Shown one piece after another: positions 9,429-18,874 of a stretch of DNA of 64,000 nt. Source of the DNA: an uncultured Chthonomonas sp. (lineage in GTDB: Bacteria > Armatimonadota > Chthonomonadetes > Chthonomonadales > CAJBBX01); assembly GCA_903951425.1 (NCBI GenBank), contig CAJBBX010000118.1:85273-149272 (forward strand), read 5' to 3'. Position numbers and translations under genes: made by a program. The first letter of the stretch is position 1, and each line of letters begins with the position of its first letter. Under the pieces are notes generated by a model, which saw nothing but the letters and a program-made list of their open reading frames with translations, was not told where the DNA came from and made no database searches.

Positions 9429-10025
9429 TCAGTTCGCCTTCCTTTCAATTGCCATGCCTCGCCCCCGCAGTGCGGACAGGTCGATGCGCAGAGGCTGTAC
9501 ACCCGTTGCGGCCGGAACGGGCCGGACGGGCTCATTCTTGATGTCGCCGCCGGCCGCTTCGGCCGGATCGGGGAAGCTCAGCTTCGTCACATGATTCTTA
9601 CGATCGCGCAGGGCAACCGCAACAGCATCTATGGACTGCACCAGCAGACCGTCCCATTTCTGCCCCGATTGGAGCTCCATGGCTTCTTTGGTGGCGTCGT
9701 TCTCAACGACGGCGATGCGGGACCCGTTGACCACGCTGATGCCGGTAAGACGCCATGTGCCGCCGCTGCCCACCACCCCAGGCCGTCCACCGTAGGCCGC
9801 GGTCCGGCCGGAGACCACCTGGGGGTCGAAGGCGTTCCGGCCCGTTCCGGCGTAGCGGGCGAACTTCACCGATGCGACGTCGGCGCCGCCGGCGGTCTTG
9901 CCCGACCTATTGGCCGCCACGACGCCGCTCTGCGTCGTTGTTTGCGGGGTCGTGAGCATCACAGCCGCTATGATCACCGCGGCTCCAACCGCGATGTAGA
10001 GGACAGGGCTCTTGCCGCTAGCCAT
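9429..10025 (-). CDS. GspC/PilP-like membrane-anchored protein
   Basis: N-terminal TM segment, RNAF, and WRLTGIS...AVVE beta module. Directly upstream of the secretin. Confidence 0.55.
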   Translation of the reverse strand: MASGKSPVLYIAVGAAVIIAAVMLTTPQTTTQSGVVAANRSGKTAGGADVASVKFARYAGTGRNAFDPQVVSGRTAAYGGRPGVVGSGGTWRLTGISVVNGSRIAVVENDATKEAMELQSGQKWDGLLVQSIDAVAVALRDRKNHVTKLSFPDPAEAAGGDIKNEPVRPVPAATGVQPLRIDLSALRGRGMAIERKAN

Positions 10026-10584
10026 TTCGCTTGACCCCCTTCGCTGCCTGCGCAGGCGCCACAACCGACCGGATGAAGGCCGATACACCCAGCGTGGCGC
10101 TTACCGTGTCAGTGGCGGCATCGGCGGAAGCCAGCTGCGCCGAGCGGAGAAGGATACGGGTGCCCGGCTTGTCCAGCATGGCCAGGAAGGATCGGACTTC
10201 GGGGTACGTACCGATCACCTGCACCGAGAAGGGCAGTTCCGTGATGCCCTGGTAGTCCACCACGCGCTGGGCGCGGAAACCGGCCATCTTCAGGTCGCGA
10301 GCGTCGGCCTCACGGGTTAGGCCGGCCATGAGGGCCGAGGTGACGGCATCGGAGTCGCCCGGCCAGATGCGCTTGGCGGCGGCCTTCTCGGCCGATGTTG
10401 CGTCGAGCTGGGCCTGGTCACGCGTGCTGTTGAGCTTGGCCAACGTCTTGCGGTGGCTGTTCTGCGCGGCCTCCGGGTCGGGTCGAGGCGCTACGGTGAT
10501 GAGGCCCACGGAGGCCAGGATCACGAGCAGCGACAGGACCAGAACCGTGATGGAGACCATACGGCCGTGGCCGGCATCCTTCAT
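10018..10584 (-). CDS. GspM/PilO-like inner-membrane platform protein
   Basis: Single TM, coiled segment, ELPFSVQVIGTYPEVRSFL ferredoxin-like signature. Position in operon. Confidence 0.7.
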   Translation of the reverse strand: MKDAGHGRMVSITVLVLSLLVILASVGLITVAPRPDPEAAQNSHRKTLAKLNSTRDQAQLDATSAEKAAAKRIWPGDSDAVTSALMAGLTREADARDLKMAGFRAQRVVDYQGITELPFSVQVIGTYPEVRSFLAMLDKPGTRILLRSAQLASADAATDTVSATLGVSAFIRSVVAPAQAAKGVKRNG

Positions 10585-11885
10585 TGCGCACCTCCGGCCG
10601 AGCCGGCCGTCTGCCCCGGCTTGCGGATGGGCTTGGCGGCCTTCTTCGGGGGCGTCGGCATGGCAGGGTTCCCCGCCGCCGCGGCCGACACGCTGAATTG
10701 CACGACGGGCACCATGCCGATGCGGCTGGTGTTGGCCGAAACGAGCCGGGCATCGGCCACACGAGGCGTGCGGCCAAGGCTGTCCAGGATGCCCGCCACC
10801 TGCGTCGGGTTTCCTGCGGTGCCGCGAACCTGGATGGGCTTGCCGCGCTCCACGCTGAGGCCGGTGATCCAGACCTCCTGCGGGAGGCTGTCCGCCACGA
10901 CGTTCACGAGATCGCTGATTGGTTGACCTGGCTCGAAGGCGTCCCTGAGGGTTCCCTGCACGGCCGTGGCATGCTTGGCCCTGTTGATAGCGGATTGGGC
11001 GGCCGAGCGGCGCTTCCCGGTCTCGCGGGTCTGGGCGCCTGTCACGCGGGCGGCGTCGGCCATAGCCGCCCCACGGTCGCGCCATGCGGTCACGCCCAGG
11101 GCCAGGGCCACACAGGCGGCCAGGGCGGCTGATCGCGCCAGGATGGCCGAGCCGCGCGTCTCCTGCCGAACCCTATCCTCGGGGAGGACGAAGTCGAAGA
11201 GCGGCGCGTCGGGTAGCAGGTCCACCGAGTGGCCCTCGAGGGGCTCGCCGCCGGGGATATCAACCGAGCCGATGCAGAGCACCGGGAGGCCCTCGGCCTC
11301 GGCGGCGGCAGCGGTGCGGCGCACCTCGGTGGCGTCGTCGCCAGGGGCGGTCAGGCGTGCGAGTACGGGCAGGCCGTCTCGGATGACATCCACGGCCAGG
11401 CCGGCATCGGTGGCCTCGGCCACCACGGCGTCATGGCGCCCCGCGGCGGCGGCCAGCGCGGCGGCTCCGAAGGAGGCCGGCACGATGCGGAGCGGCACGA
11501 GGCCTGCGGACCGGGCGGCGGCGAGGAGGTCGCGCAGGTCGCTGACGCGCATGGCGGCGACCAGGGTCGTGCAGCCCTCGGAGCCCTTGCCCGCCGACTG
11601 CGCGACGTCGAAGACGATCTCGTCCGGCGCCATGGGGAAGTGCGTGGCGATCTGGGCGCCGACCATCTTGCGGAGGTCGGCGCGGGCGGCGCGGGGCAGC
11701 GTCAGCACCCGCAGGAACACATGGCTGCGCTCCACGCCGATGACGACCTTTCGGCCTCGCCCCAGGATCGGGGTCAACTCATCCAGCCTTGCGGCCGCCT
11801 TGCGGCTCCCCGTGGCGGGATGGACCGCCCTGACCGACCCTGGCGACCAGACGACCGCCGGAAGAGCGTGATGTCCGTGTTTCAT
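10581..11885 (-). CDS. GspL / PilM-PilN-like platform protein
   Basis: Cytoplasmic actin-like part (FLRVLTLP, HFPMAPDEIVFD), a TM segment, and a PilN-like domain (LPQEVWITGLSVE...VRGTA). Confidence 0.7.
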   Translation of the reverse strand: MKHGHHALPAVVWSPGSVRAVHPATGSRKAAARLDELTPILGRGRKVVIGVERSHVFLRVLTLPRAARADLRKMVGAQIATHFPMAPDEIVFDVAQSAGKGSEGCTTLVAAMRVSDLRDLLAAARSAGLVPLRIVPASFGAAALAAAAGRHDAVVAEATDAGLAVDVIRDGLPVLARLTAPGDDATEVRRTAAAAEAEGLPVLCIGSVDIPGGEPLEGHSVDLLPDAPLFDFVLPEDRVRQETRGSAILARSAALAACVALALGVTAWRDRGAAMADAARVTGAQTRETGKRRSAAQSAINRAKHATAVQGTLRDAFEPGQPISDLVNVVADSLPQEVWITGLSVERGKPIQVRGTAGNPTQVAGILDSLGRTPRVADARLVSANTSRIGMVPVVQFSVSAAAAGNPAMPTPPKKAAKPIRKPGQTAGSAGGAQ

Positions 11886-13120
11886 GTGGATCCTACCGTT
11901 GTCGAGTATGTAGCATCTTGGTTCCAGCCCCACCACGAAGGCGCTCCGGAGCCGGGCGCCCTTTGCCAGGTGATCACCCGGACCCGATCACTGTCCTTGC
12001 GAACCACCACCTCCACCGCCTGGCCTTGGCCACCGCTGGACCCGTAGGCCCGAATGATCCAGACGTCGCTGCCCACCACCAGCCGGTCGGCGATCTCGCC
12101 GAGGAGGCTACCCTCCAGGCCCGGGATCGTGGCCAGCTCGCCCAACGACGCAAGCCCGGCGGACTGGCGCGAGACGATGTTGGCAGCGATATCGGACGTC
12201 ATGTTCGGCAGCGTCATGAGTACAGCCTGCGAGACGGTATTGGCGTTCATCTTTCCGTGTAGACGTGTGCTGTTGGTAAAGGTGACCGCATCGAGCAGTT
12301 GCTGGGCCATCTCGGGGCTGACGCCGGGCGTCGTGAGGAGCTGCTGGAAGTTGGAGTAGGGCCCGGCGTCGGCCAGCCGTTGGGCCAGCATGGGGTCGGC
12401 GCCCATCTGCATGAAGAACATGGGGCTCAGTTGGCCCGAGCCCACGTTGCTGCGCGTGCTGCCGTCGGCGCGGGTGTTGGGCGCGCCGCTGTCGGAAGTG
12501 AAGACCCGCGCAAGCGGGATGGCGTTACCGCTGTCGTCGTCCAGTGAGACGCCCGTGCGGAGGTCCTCGTCGAGCGTCGTGTAGAGGCGCCGCGCGGTCC
12601 AGCCCTTGACCAGGAGCAACTCGTCGACGGTCTGGATCGTCCCCCGGCGGGCGTTGTACGGCGGGGTCAGCGAGTTGTAGTAGCTGTCCTTGGCGCCGAC
12701 GGCTCGTGGCAGGGTGCTTCCCTCCCGCCAGTCCAGCAGGCAGTCCCGCATCTCGTCGTCGATCGGCAGGAGGTCTAGCTGCTCCTCCTCGGCGAAGTTC
12801 ACGTCGATCATCGCTCCGGCATCGACGATCTCCAGCCGAAATGTGCTGTTGCCGACGGTGTACTCGGCATTCCCGAGGTCGCCCAGGGTCGCCCAGTCGT
12901 CTGCCAGGGTGACGAGGTTCGAGTCGGCGGCTTCAAGCGTGGCGATGGCCAACGCCACGGCCGACCTGGCGGCGAAGTCGGCGCGCTGCAGCCTGAGCCG
13001 GTTCTGCGCCGCTTGCATGGACTCCCGCTGGTCGGCGGCCAGCATGGCCATCAGCGCCACGAGGCACGCGACGAGGACCAGCACCTCGACCAGCACGAAG
13101 GCTCCCTTGCTGCGCCTCAT
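11882..13120 (-). CDS. gspK: Minor pseudopilin GspK
   Basis: Prepilin-like N-terminus, IVDAGAMIDVN, LLDWR, DELLLVKG, GKMNANT, HhH-like segments. Confidence 0.85.
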   Translation of the reverse strand: MRRSKGAFVLVEVLVLVACLVALMAMLAADQRESMQAAQNRLRLQRADFAARSAVALAIATLEAADSNLVTLADDWATLGDLGNAEYTVGNSTFRLEIVDAGAMIDVNFAEEEQLDLLPIDDEMRDCLLDWREGSTLPRAVGAKDSYYNSLTPPYNARRGTIQTVDELLLVKGWTARRLYTTLDEDLRTGVSLDDDSGNAIPLARVFTSDSGAPNTRADGSTRSNVGSGQLSPMFFMQMGADPMLAQRLADAGPYSNFQQLLTTPGVSPEMAQQLLDAVTFTNSTRLHGKMNANTVSQAVLMTLPNMTSDIAANIVSRQSAGLASLGELATIPGLEGSLLGEIADRLVVGSDVWIIRAYGSSGGQGQAVEVVVRKDSDRVRVITWQRAPGSGAPSWWGWNQDATYSTTVGST

Positions 13121-13845
13121 TCGACCGACCCCGTGACCGTGCTGTTGGCGTCCACGTCGCTTGCGGGCACGGCCACCGTGAAGGTCCGCACCGTCTCAGT
13201 GGCGTCATCGGCAAGCACGTAGCTGACGAGGATAGCACCCGGCAGGCGACGCTCGGTGGCGGTATCCCAGGTATCGTCCCATGATTCGCCGTTCCAGAAG
13301 CGAAAGCCGATGCTGCCCACATGGCCGGAGAGGACGCGCTGGTTGCCGCCCTGGGTGTAGTCGCCGTCAGAAGGGCGCTGGATGCGAACGAGGAGGCCGT
13401 CGACGCTCTCGGTGCGCCCCTGGAGCTGGCCGCCAAGCTGCACCTCGGTGACGCCGCCGGCCGGGCCTGCCGCCGTGTACTGCGTCTCGTAGTCATCCTC
13501 GCTCAGGAGCGGACCGAAGTCGGGCGCCCCGGCGGTGGTGGTGAAGACGAGCGTGTCACATCCCAGTGTGCCGGTGTCTCCGGTGGCGTCGGCCGTGCCC
13601 ACCATGTACGTGGTTGTGTCCTCCGCGTCCTCGGTGAGCTTGGCGCCCTCGATGAGTCGGGTGATCTGGCGCTCCAGTGAGGCTACCGGGTCGGTATCGG
13701 ATTGGCGGGCGGTATGGCGGCGCTGCTGGTCGAGTCCGGCCATGAAGCCGTAGCCAACGGCGCCTGTCAGCGTGGCCGTGAGGGCCAGCACCAGCACCAG
13801 CTCGATCAGCGTCAGGCCCGACCGGCCCATTCGTCGCGCGCTCAT
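13117..13845 (-). CDS. gspJ: Minor pseudopilin GspJ
   Basis: G|LTLIEL cleavage motif. FRFWNGESWDDTWD...LPGAI signature. Confidence 0.8.
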   Translation of the reverse strand: MSARRMGRSGLTLIELVLVLALTATLTGAVGYGFMAGLDQQRRHTARQSDTDPVASLERQITRLIEGAKLTEDAEDTTTYMVGTADATGDTGTLGCDTLVFTTTAGAPDFGPLLSEDDYETQYTAAGPAGGVTEVQLGGQLQGRTESVDGLLVRIQRPSDGDYTQGGNQRVLSGHVGSIGFRFWNGESWDDTWDTATERRLPGAILVSYVLADDATETVRTFTVAVPASDVDANSTVTGSVE

Positions 13846-14216
13846 TCGCTCACCGATGTGAGCGGGCGCACGTACTGCAGGAACGTGAGCGACTGCTCGT
13901 CGTCGCCGAGCGTCGCGGCCACGGTGACCTCGTCCACATCGGTGGCGCCGCTGGTCTGGACGTCGATGGTCCACATGATGTCGGGGTACCCTGCGTCCGT
14001 GAAGTCGCCGCCGTCGCCGAACGACGATGGATCGGTCGAGGCGATGACCTCGTTCGCCTTGGCGGTCACGAGCCGCTGCAGAAGTTGGTTGCGGGCTACC
14101 TTCACGTCGGCCTGGCCCAGGGCGCGCAGGCCACCCATGACGGCCGTGACCGCCACAGCCACCAGCAGGGCGGCCATGAGCACCTCGACCAGCGTGAAGC
14201 CCCTGCGCCTACTCAC
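13842..14216 (-). CDS. gspI: Minor pseudopilin GspI
   Basis: G|FTLVEVL, short length, GDGGDF...WTI, lies between H and J. Start uncertain (GTG 14216 or 14231). Confidence 0.75.
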   Translation of the reverse strand: MSRRRGFTLVEVLMAALLVAVAVTAVMGGLRALGQADVKVARNQLLQRLVTAKANEVIASTDPSSFGDGGDFTDAGYPDIMWTIDVQTSGATDVDEVTVAATLGDDEQSLTFLQYVRPLTSVSE

Positions 14217-14736
14217 GGACCTCGATCTCACCGGCCGTCCACTCCGTCTCGTTTTGCTCTTCCGGCTCGCCTCGCAGCCAGTAGGCGCGCCCCTCCTTGG
14301 TGAGCGTCAGTGTTCGCACATCGGCGCCGTCGACGAACGTCAGCGAAGCCTCGGCGGCCCTTCCGTCCGGGTAGGCCCACCACTCCCACTCGCCCTGGTC
14401 GATCTCGGTGCCGGCCTGCTGCTGGGAGTCCAGGGTGAACCAGTCGGCGAACGCAACCCGCGTGACTTCCTGCGCCTCGCCGTCGATTGGCACCTGCTCC
14501 ACGACCAGCGCATCCTCCAGCACGGTCATACGGACCGGGTTGCCTGAGCTCTGGGCGCTGTTCAGGGCCGTGATGGGTGCACGGGCCAGCTTGGCCATGA
14601 CATCGTCACGCTCACGGGAACGGCGAATCATCACCAGGTTGGGCACAACGATGGCCGTGGCAAGCAGCAGCACCGCCACCACCGCGTTCATCTCGATGAT
14701 GGTGAAGCCACGCTGTCCAGCCAACCTGCGCCTCAT
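14209..14736 (-). CDS. gspH: Minor pseudopilin GspH
   Basis: G|FTIIEM, YPDG motif, directly after gspG. Confidence 0.7.
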   Translation of the reverse strand: MRRRLAGQRGFTIIEMNAVVAVLLLATAIVVPNLVMIRRSRERDDVMAKLARAPITALNSAQSSGNPVRMTVLEDALVVEQVPIDGEAQEVTRVAFADWFTLDSQQQAGTEIDQGEWEWWAYPDGRAAEASLTFVDGADVRTLTLTKEGRAYWLRGEPEEQNETEWTAGEIEVRE

Positions 14737-14757
14737 GTCGGTGCCCTGTCTCCCCGC

Positions 14758-15201
14758 CTACTCACTGGTGATGTCGGCGTTTTCCGCCGAGCCGCCCGCC
14801 GCGCCGTCGGCGCCGTAGGAGGTGATTGAGAAGTCTTCGCCGTTCGCGCCCGGCGACTCGTACACGTACGGGTTGCCCCACGGGTCCAGCGGAATCTCCC
14901 GACTCGTATAGGGGCCGCGCCAGTTGGTGGCGTCGGAAGGCTGCACGCGGAGGGCGTTGAGCCCCTCGTCGCTGGTCGGGAAAGCGTCGTTGTCCACGCG
15001 GTACTGCTGCAGGACGCTCCCCAGCGTGGCGATATCCGAGGCCGCCTTGGCGATCTTCGCGTCCTCGGTGCGGCCTACCACGCGCGGCACGACCAGCGAA
15101 GCCAGGATGCCCAGGATCAAGATGACCACAAGCAGTTCGATGAGCGTGAAGGCCCCCCGCCGGCGATCCACACGGGGCTGCCTGAGCATAGGCCCGATCA
15201 T
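14758..15201 (-). CDS. gspG: Major pseudopilin GspG
   Basis: [19 protein letters not shown]...GLNAL, WRGPY, PLDPWGNPYVY, SYGADG...ADI. AGGAGG RBS before ATG 15201. Confidence 0.95.
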   Translation of the reverse strand: MIGPMLRQPRVDRRRGAFTLIELLVVILILGILASLVVPRVVGRTEDAKIAKAASDIATLGSVLQQYRVDNDAFPTSDEGLNALRVQPSDATNWRGPYTSREIPLDPWGNPYVYESPGANGEDFSITSYGADGAAGGSAENADITSE

Positions 15202-15212
15202 GGCTCTCCTCC

Positions 15213-16430
15213 TCACTTCACCAACGCCTGCGCCTGGAAGATAGGCAGCAGCACTGAGACGACCACATAACCGACGAAGACGCCCATGGAGAGCACGATG
15301 ACGGGCTCCACCAGGGCTACGAGTCGACGCATCCCCGTATCGACCTCGAAGTCGAGGCTGTCGGAGACGCGGCTGAGCATGAGCGGCAGGTCGCCGGTCT
15401 CCTCGCCGATGGCCACCATGTGGGTCAGGACCGGCGGGAATGCACCTGCGTCCGCCATGGCTTCGGCGATGGGACGGCCCTCGCGGACGTCGGACTCGAC
15501 CTGCTTGGCGCTGACCGCGAAGAGGCGGTTGCCGGCCGCCAGGCCGCTGATGTCGATGGCCTCCAGGATCGGCACTCCGCCATAGACCAGCGTGCCCAGG
15601 ACGCGGGCGAAGCGGGAGACCGTTGCCTTGGTGATCACAGGGCCGACCACGGGCAGGTTGAGTAGCGCCTTGTCACGGGCGAATGCGCCCGCGGGCGTGC
15701 CCAGCCAGACCCGCAGGCCCACCACGATGGCCACGATCGAGCTGATCACAACCACCCAGTTCTCAACGATGAAGACGGCGACGGCGATCAGAATCCGCGT
15801 AGGAGCGGGCAGGTCGCCGCCGAGGTCCTTGAAGACGCCGGAGAGCTTGGGGATGACGAAGGTCATGAGGAACGTGATCACGGCCAGGGCGGTCATGGAG
15901 AGGATCGCCGGGTAGACCAGCGCGCTGACGATCTGGCTACGCCGGGAGACTTCCTTCTCCTGCAAGTCGGCAAGTCGCGCCGCTACCTCGCCGAACTGCC
16001 CGCTGGCTTCGCCTGCGCGGAGGGTCTGGGTGTAGACCTCGGCGAAGAGCCTCGGGTGCTTGGCCAGCGCCTGGCTCACCGGCAGTCCGCCGCGCACATC
16101 CTCCAGCGCCTGTGCGCAGACCGCCTGGAGCACGGGGCTCTCGGACTGCTCGCCCACCACGTGGAGGACGCGGTCCAAGGGCAATCCGGCCCGAGCCAGG
16201 TCCGCGAGGCGCCTGGTGAAGACCGCCATGTCCTGCGCGGCCACCTTGCCGTGGATGTCGTGCCCCGAGTGGCGCTTGCCGCTGGAGCCTGCCTGGGCGA
16301 TGTCGGTGACGAACCGGCCCTCGGCGGCCAGGCGGGCGATGGCCGCCTCGCGGGTCTCCGCCTCCACCACGCCGGTGCGCTTGGCGCCGGAGCTGTCGAG
16401 CGCGGTGTAGTTGAAGGTGACGGCGGGCAT
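15213..16430 (-). CDS. gspF: T2SS inner-membrane protein GspF
   Basis: AGLPL, AGEASG, ALVYP, GGVPILEA, MVAIGEETGDL, EP motifs. Confidence 0.92.
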   Translation of the reverse strand: MPAVTFNYTALDSSGAKRTGVVEAETREAAIARLAAEGRFVTDIAQAGSSGKRHSGHDIHGKVAAQDMAVFTRRLADLARAGLPLDRVLHVVGEQSESPVLQAVCAQALEDVRGGLPVSQALAKHPRLFAEVYTQTLRAGEASGQFGEVAARLADLQEKEVSRRSQIVSALVYPAILSMTALAVITFLMTFVIPKLSGVFKDLGGDLPAPTRILIAVAVFIVENWVVVISSIVAIVVGLRVWLGTPAGAFARDKALLNLPVVGPVITKATVSRFARVLGTLVYGGVPILEAIDISGLAAGNRLFAVSAKQVESDVREGRPIAEAMADAGAFPPVLTHMVAIGEETGDLPLMLSRVSDSLDFEVDTGMRRLVALVEPVIVLSMGVFVGYVVVSVLLPIFQAQALVK

Positions 16431-17995
16431 CAGAGCGCCTCTCTCTGGCAGACCCTGAGCACCTCATCGGGCGACGTCTTTCCGTCCAGCACGGCCAGGC
16501 GGCCATCGCCGAGGAGGGTGCGCATGCCCTGCCGGCGGATCGCGTGGTCGCGCATGTCGTTGGAGCTGGCGCGGTCCACCGTGAGCCGCCGGATTGGCTC
16601 GTCGACGATGAAGAGCTCAAAGAGCGCGTGACGGCCCTTATATCCCGTCTGCTGGCATCGGTCGCAACCGGCGCCGCGCATGAGCGTGCCGCCGGGCAGG
16701 TCGGAGCCCTCGATGCCGATGGCCTCCAGCGCCTCGGCGCGCGGCTCGTAGGGCTGGGCGCAGTTGGCGCAGATGCGCCGCACCAGCCGCTGGGCGACGG
16801 TAGCCACCAGCGATGAGGCCACCAGGTAGGGCTCAACGCCCATGTCCAGCAGTCGGGTCACGGCGCCGGCGGCGTCATTGGTGTGCAGCGTGCTGAAGAC
16901 GAGGTGGCCGGTGAGCGCCGCGTGGATGGAGATGTCGGCCGTCTCATGGTCGCGGATTTCGCCGACCATGATGACGTCGGGGTCCTGCCGCACGATGCTC
17001 CTGAGGCCGTTGGCGAAGGTGAGCCCGATCTGCGGGCGCACCTGAATCTGGCTGATGCCGGGTACCTGGTACTCCACCGGGTCCTCGATGGTCAGGATGT
17101 TGGTGGTGGACGACCAGATCTCCTGGAGCGAAGCGTAGAGAGTGGTCGACTTGCCGGAGCCGGTGGGCCCGGTGGAGAGGATCACGCCGTGGGGCACGCG
17201 GATGATGGTTCGGAACCGGGCCAGCGCGTCCTGCCGCATGCCCAGCTCTTCCAGCCCCAGCATGGCTGTGGTCTTGTCCAGGATGCGCATGACGGCCCGC
17301 TCACCGTAGACGGTGGGGACGATGCTCACGCGGACGTCGATGGCGCGGCCGGCGATGGTGATCTTGATGCGGCCGTCCTGCGGGAGGCGCCGCTCGGCGA
17401 TGTTCATCTCGCCCAGGATCTTGATGCGGGAGATGATGGCGGCGTGCATCCGGCGGGGCGGCTGGAGCGCGTCGCGGAGCATGCCGTCCACGCGGAACCG
17501 GACCTTCACCTGCCGCTCGTAGGGTTCGACGTGGATGTCGCTGGCCCCGTCGCGCACGGCCTGGGCGAAGATGAGGTTCACCATCTGCACCACGGCGGCC
17601 TCGCCGGCCATCTTCTGCAGGTCGGCAAGGTCGGTCGTGTCGTCGATCTCGGCGCCGGCCTGGTCGTCGGCCTTGTCCGGCAGGCCGGACAGGATGCGCT
17701 CGATGAAGATCTCTTCGATGAGGGCCCGGATGAACGACGGAGCGGCCAGCACGGCGCGGGTGGGGTACCCGACCAGCTTGCCCACTTCGTCGGCCGCGGC
17801 GAGGGCGGTTGGGGCGCCGATGGCCACCGTCAGCACGCCGTCGCGGAGCTCCACGGGCAATACCTGATGCCGGAGGGCCAGTTCGGGCGGCGTCAGACGG
17901 ACGGCCTCCTCGGACGGCTTGACGACCTCCAGGTCTATCCACTCGAAGCCCTGCCGGCTGCTCGGCGTCTCCAAGGACCCCATCGTATCGCTCAC
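16430..17995 (-). CDS. gspE: T2SS ATPase GspE
   Basis: ASDIHVEP, LPQDGRI, GPTGSGKST, TIEDPVEY, RQDPDVIMVGEIRD, TGHLVFSTLH, tetra-Cys motif. Start chosen from a GGGGGAAG RBS (alternatives 17983 and 18064). Confidence 0.93.
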   Translation of the reverse strand: MSDTMGSLETPSSRQGFEWIDLEVVKPSEEAVRLTPPELALRHQVLPVELRDGVLTVAIGAPTALAAADEVGKLVGYPTRAVLAAPSFIRALIEEIFIERILSGLPDKADDQAGAEIDDTTDLADLQKMAGEAAVVQMVNLIFAQAVRDGASDIHVEPYERQVKVRFRVDGMLRDALQPPRRMHAAIISRIKILGEMNIAERRLPQDGRIKITIAGRAIDVRVSIVPTVYGERAVMRILDKTTAMLGLEELGMRQDALARFRTIIRVPHGVILSTGPTGSGKSTTLYASLQEIWSSTTNILTIEDPVEYQVPGISQIQVRPQIGLTFANGLRSIVRQDPDVIMVGEIRDHETADISIHAALTGHLVFSTLHTNDAAGAVTRLLDMGVEPYLVASSLVATVAQRLVRRICANCAQPYEPRAEALEAIGIEGSDLPGGTLMRGAGCDRCQQTGYKGRHALFELFIVDEPIRRLTVDRASSNDMRDHAIRRQGMRTLLGDGRLAVLDGKTSPDEVLRVCQREAL

Positions 17996-18062
17996 TGGCT
18001 GCTTCCCCCACGGTTCGGCCGGCTGCGCCCATCGGGCGGCTGTACATACTGACGCGCCGGAC

Positions 18063-18125
18063 ATGAACGAATCATGAAAGACCCGGCTGGGCGGGTCTCG
18101 CGTGCGGCCTTCATCGACTTTTCAT
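18063..18125. promoter_or_regulatory. Two oppositely oriented TTCAT-N6-TTCAT tandem boxes, candidate OmpR-family binding sites
   Basis: ATGAA at 18063 and 18074, TTCAT at 18110 and 18121. 11-bp period, in the divergent intergenic region. Confidence 0.55.
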
Positions 18126-18190
18126 CTCCATGGCCTATCCTACAGACAGGATTACGGCCGATCGGTATCGGGTGCGGCCCGGAGGGCGCC

Positions 18191-18874
18191 ATGAGACTAC
18201 TCATTGTAGAAGATGATCCAGACATCGCGGAGGTGGTGCGTCGTGGACTGGTGGCCGGCGGCTACGATGTCGACGTCGCGGCGGACGGGGAGGCGGGCCT
18301 TCGGGCCGCGCAGGAGCACGAGTACGCCGCCGTGCTGCTGGACATCATGTTGCCCGGGCTCAGCGGCTGGGAGGTTTGCTGTCGGCTGCGGACCGGCAGG
18401 CGCACGACGCCGATCCTCATGCTCACCGCCCGCGACGCCGTGGAAGACCGCGTCAAGGGCCTCGACCTGGGCGCCGACGACTACCTCCCCAAGCCCTTTG
18501 AGCTCTCCGAGCTACTGGCCCGGGTGCGGGCGCTGGTGCGACGCGACCGCGTCCACCGGACCCGGGTGATCCGTCTGGGTGAAGTGGTCATCGACACCGG
18601 CGCCCGGCAGGTGACCGTGGCGGGCCGCGAGGTACATCTCACCTCCCGCGAGTACACGCTGTTGGAGGCCCTGGCCTCGCATGAGGGGCGGCCGCTGACG
18701 CGCGAGTACGTCCTCGAGCGCGTCTGGAGCGACGATGAGAGCTACAGCAACACCGTGGACGTCTACATCGGCCAGTTGCGGCGCAAGATCGACGGCGGCC
18801 GGAAGCCGAGCCTGATCCAAACTCTGCACGGCGTCGGCTACGTCCTTCGAGCGAGCCACGAGGAGGAGCCATGA
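18191..18874 (+). CDS. OmpR/PhoB family response regulator
   Basis: LLIVEDD, LLDIMLPG, LTARD, GADDYLPKPF, winged helix NTVDVYIGQLRRKI...GVGY. GGAGG RBS. Confidence 0.95.
   Translation: MRLLIVEDDPDIAEVVRRGLVAGGYDVDVAADGEAGLRAAQEHEYAAVLLDIMLPGLSGWEVCCRLRTGRRTTPILMLTARDAVEDRVKGLDLGADDYLPKPFELSELLARVRALVRRDRVHRTRVIRLGEVVIDTGARQVTVAGREVHLTSREYTLLEALASHEGRPLTREYVLERVWSDDESYSNTVDVYIGQLRRKIDGGRKPSLIQTLHGVGYVLRASHEEEP

Noticed and set aside
5760-18000. Type IV pilus interpretation of the operon
   Set aside because: Clear GspG, GspJ and GspK signatures and no PilT favour a T2SS.
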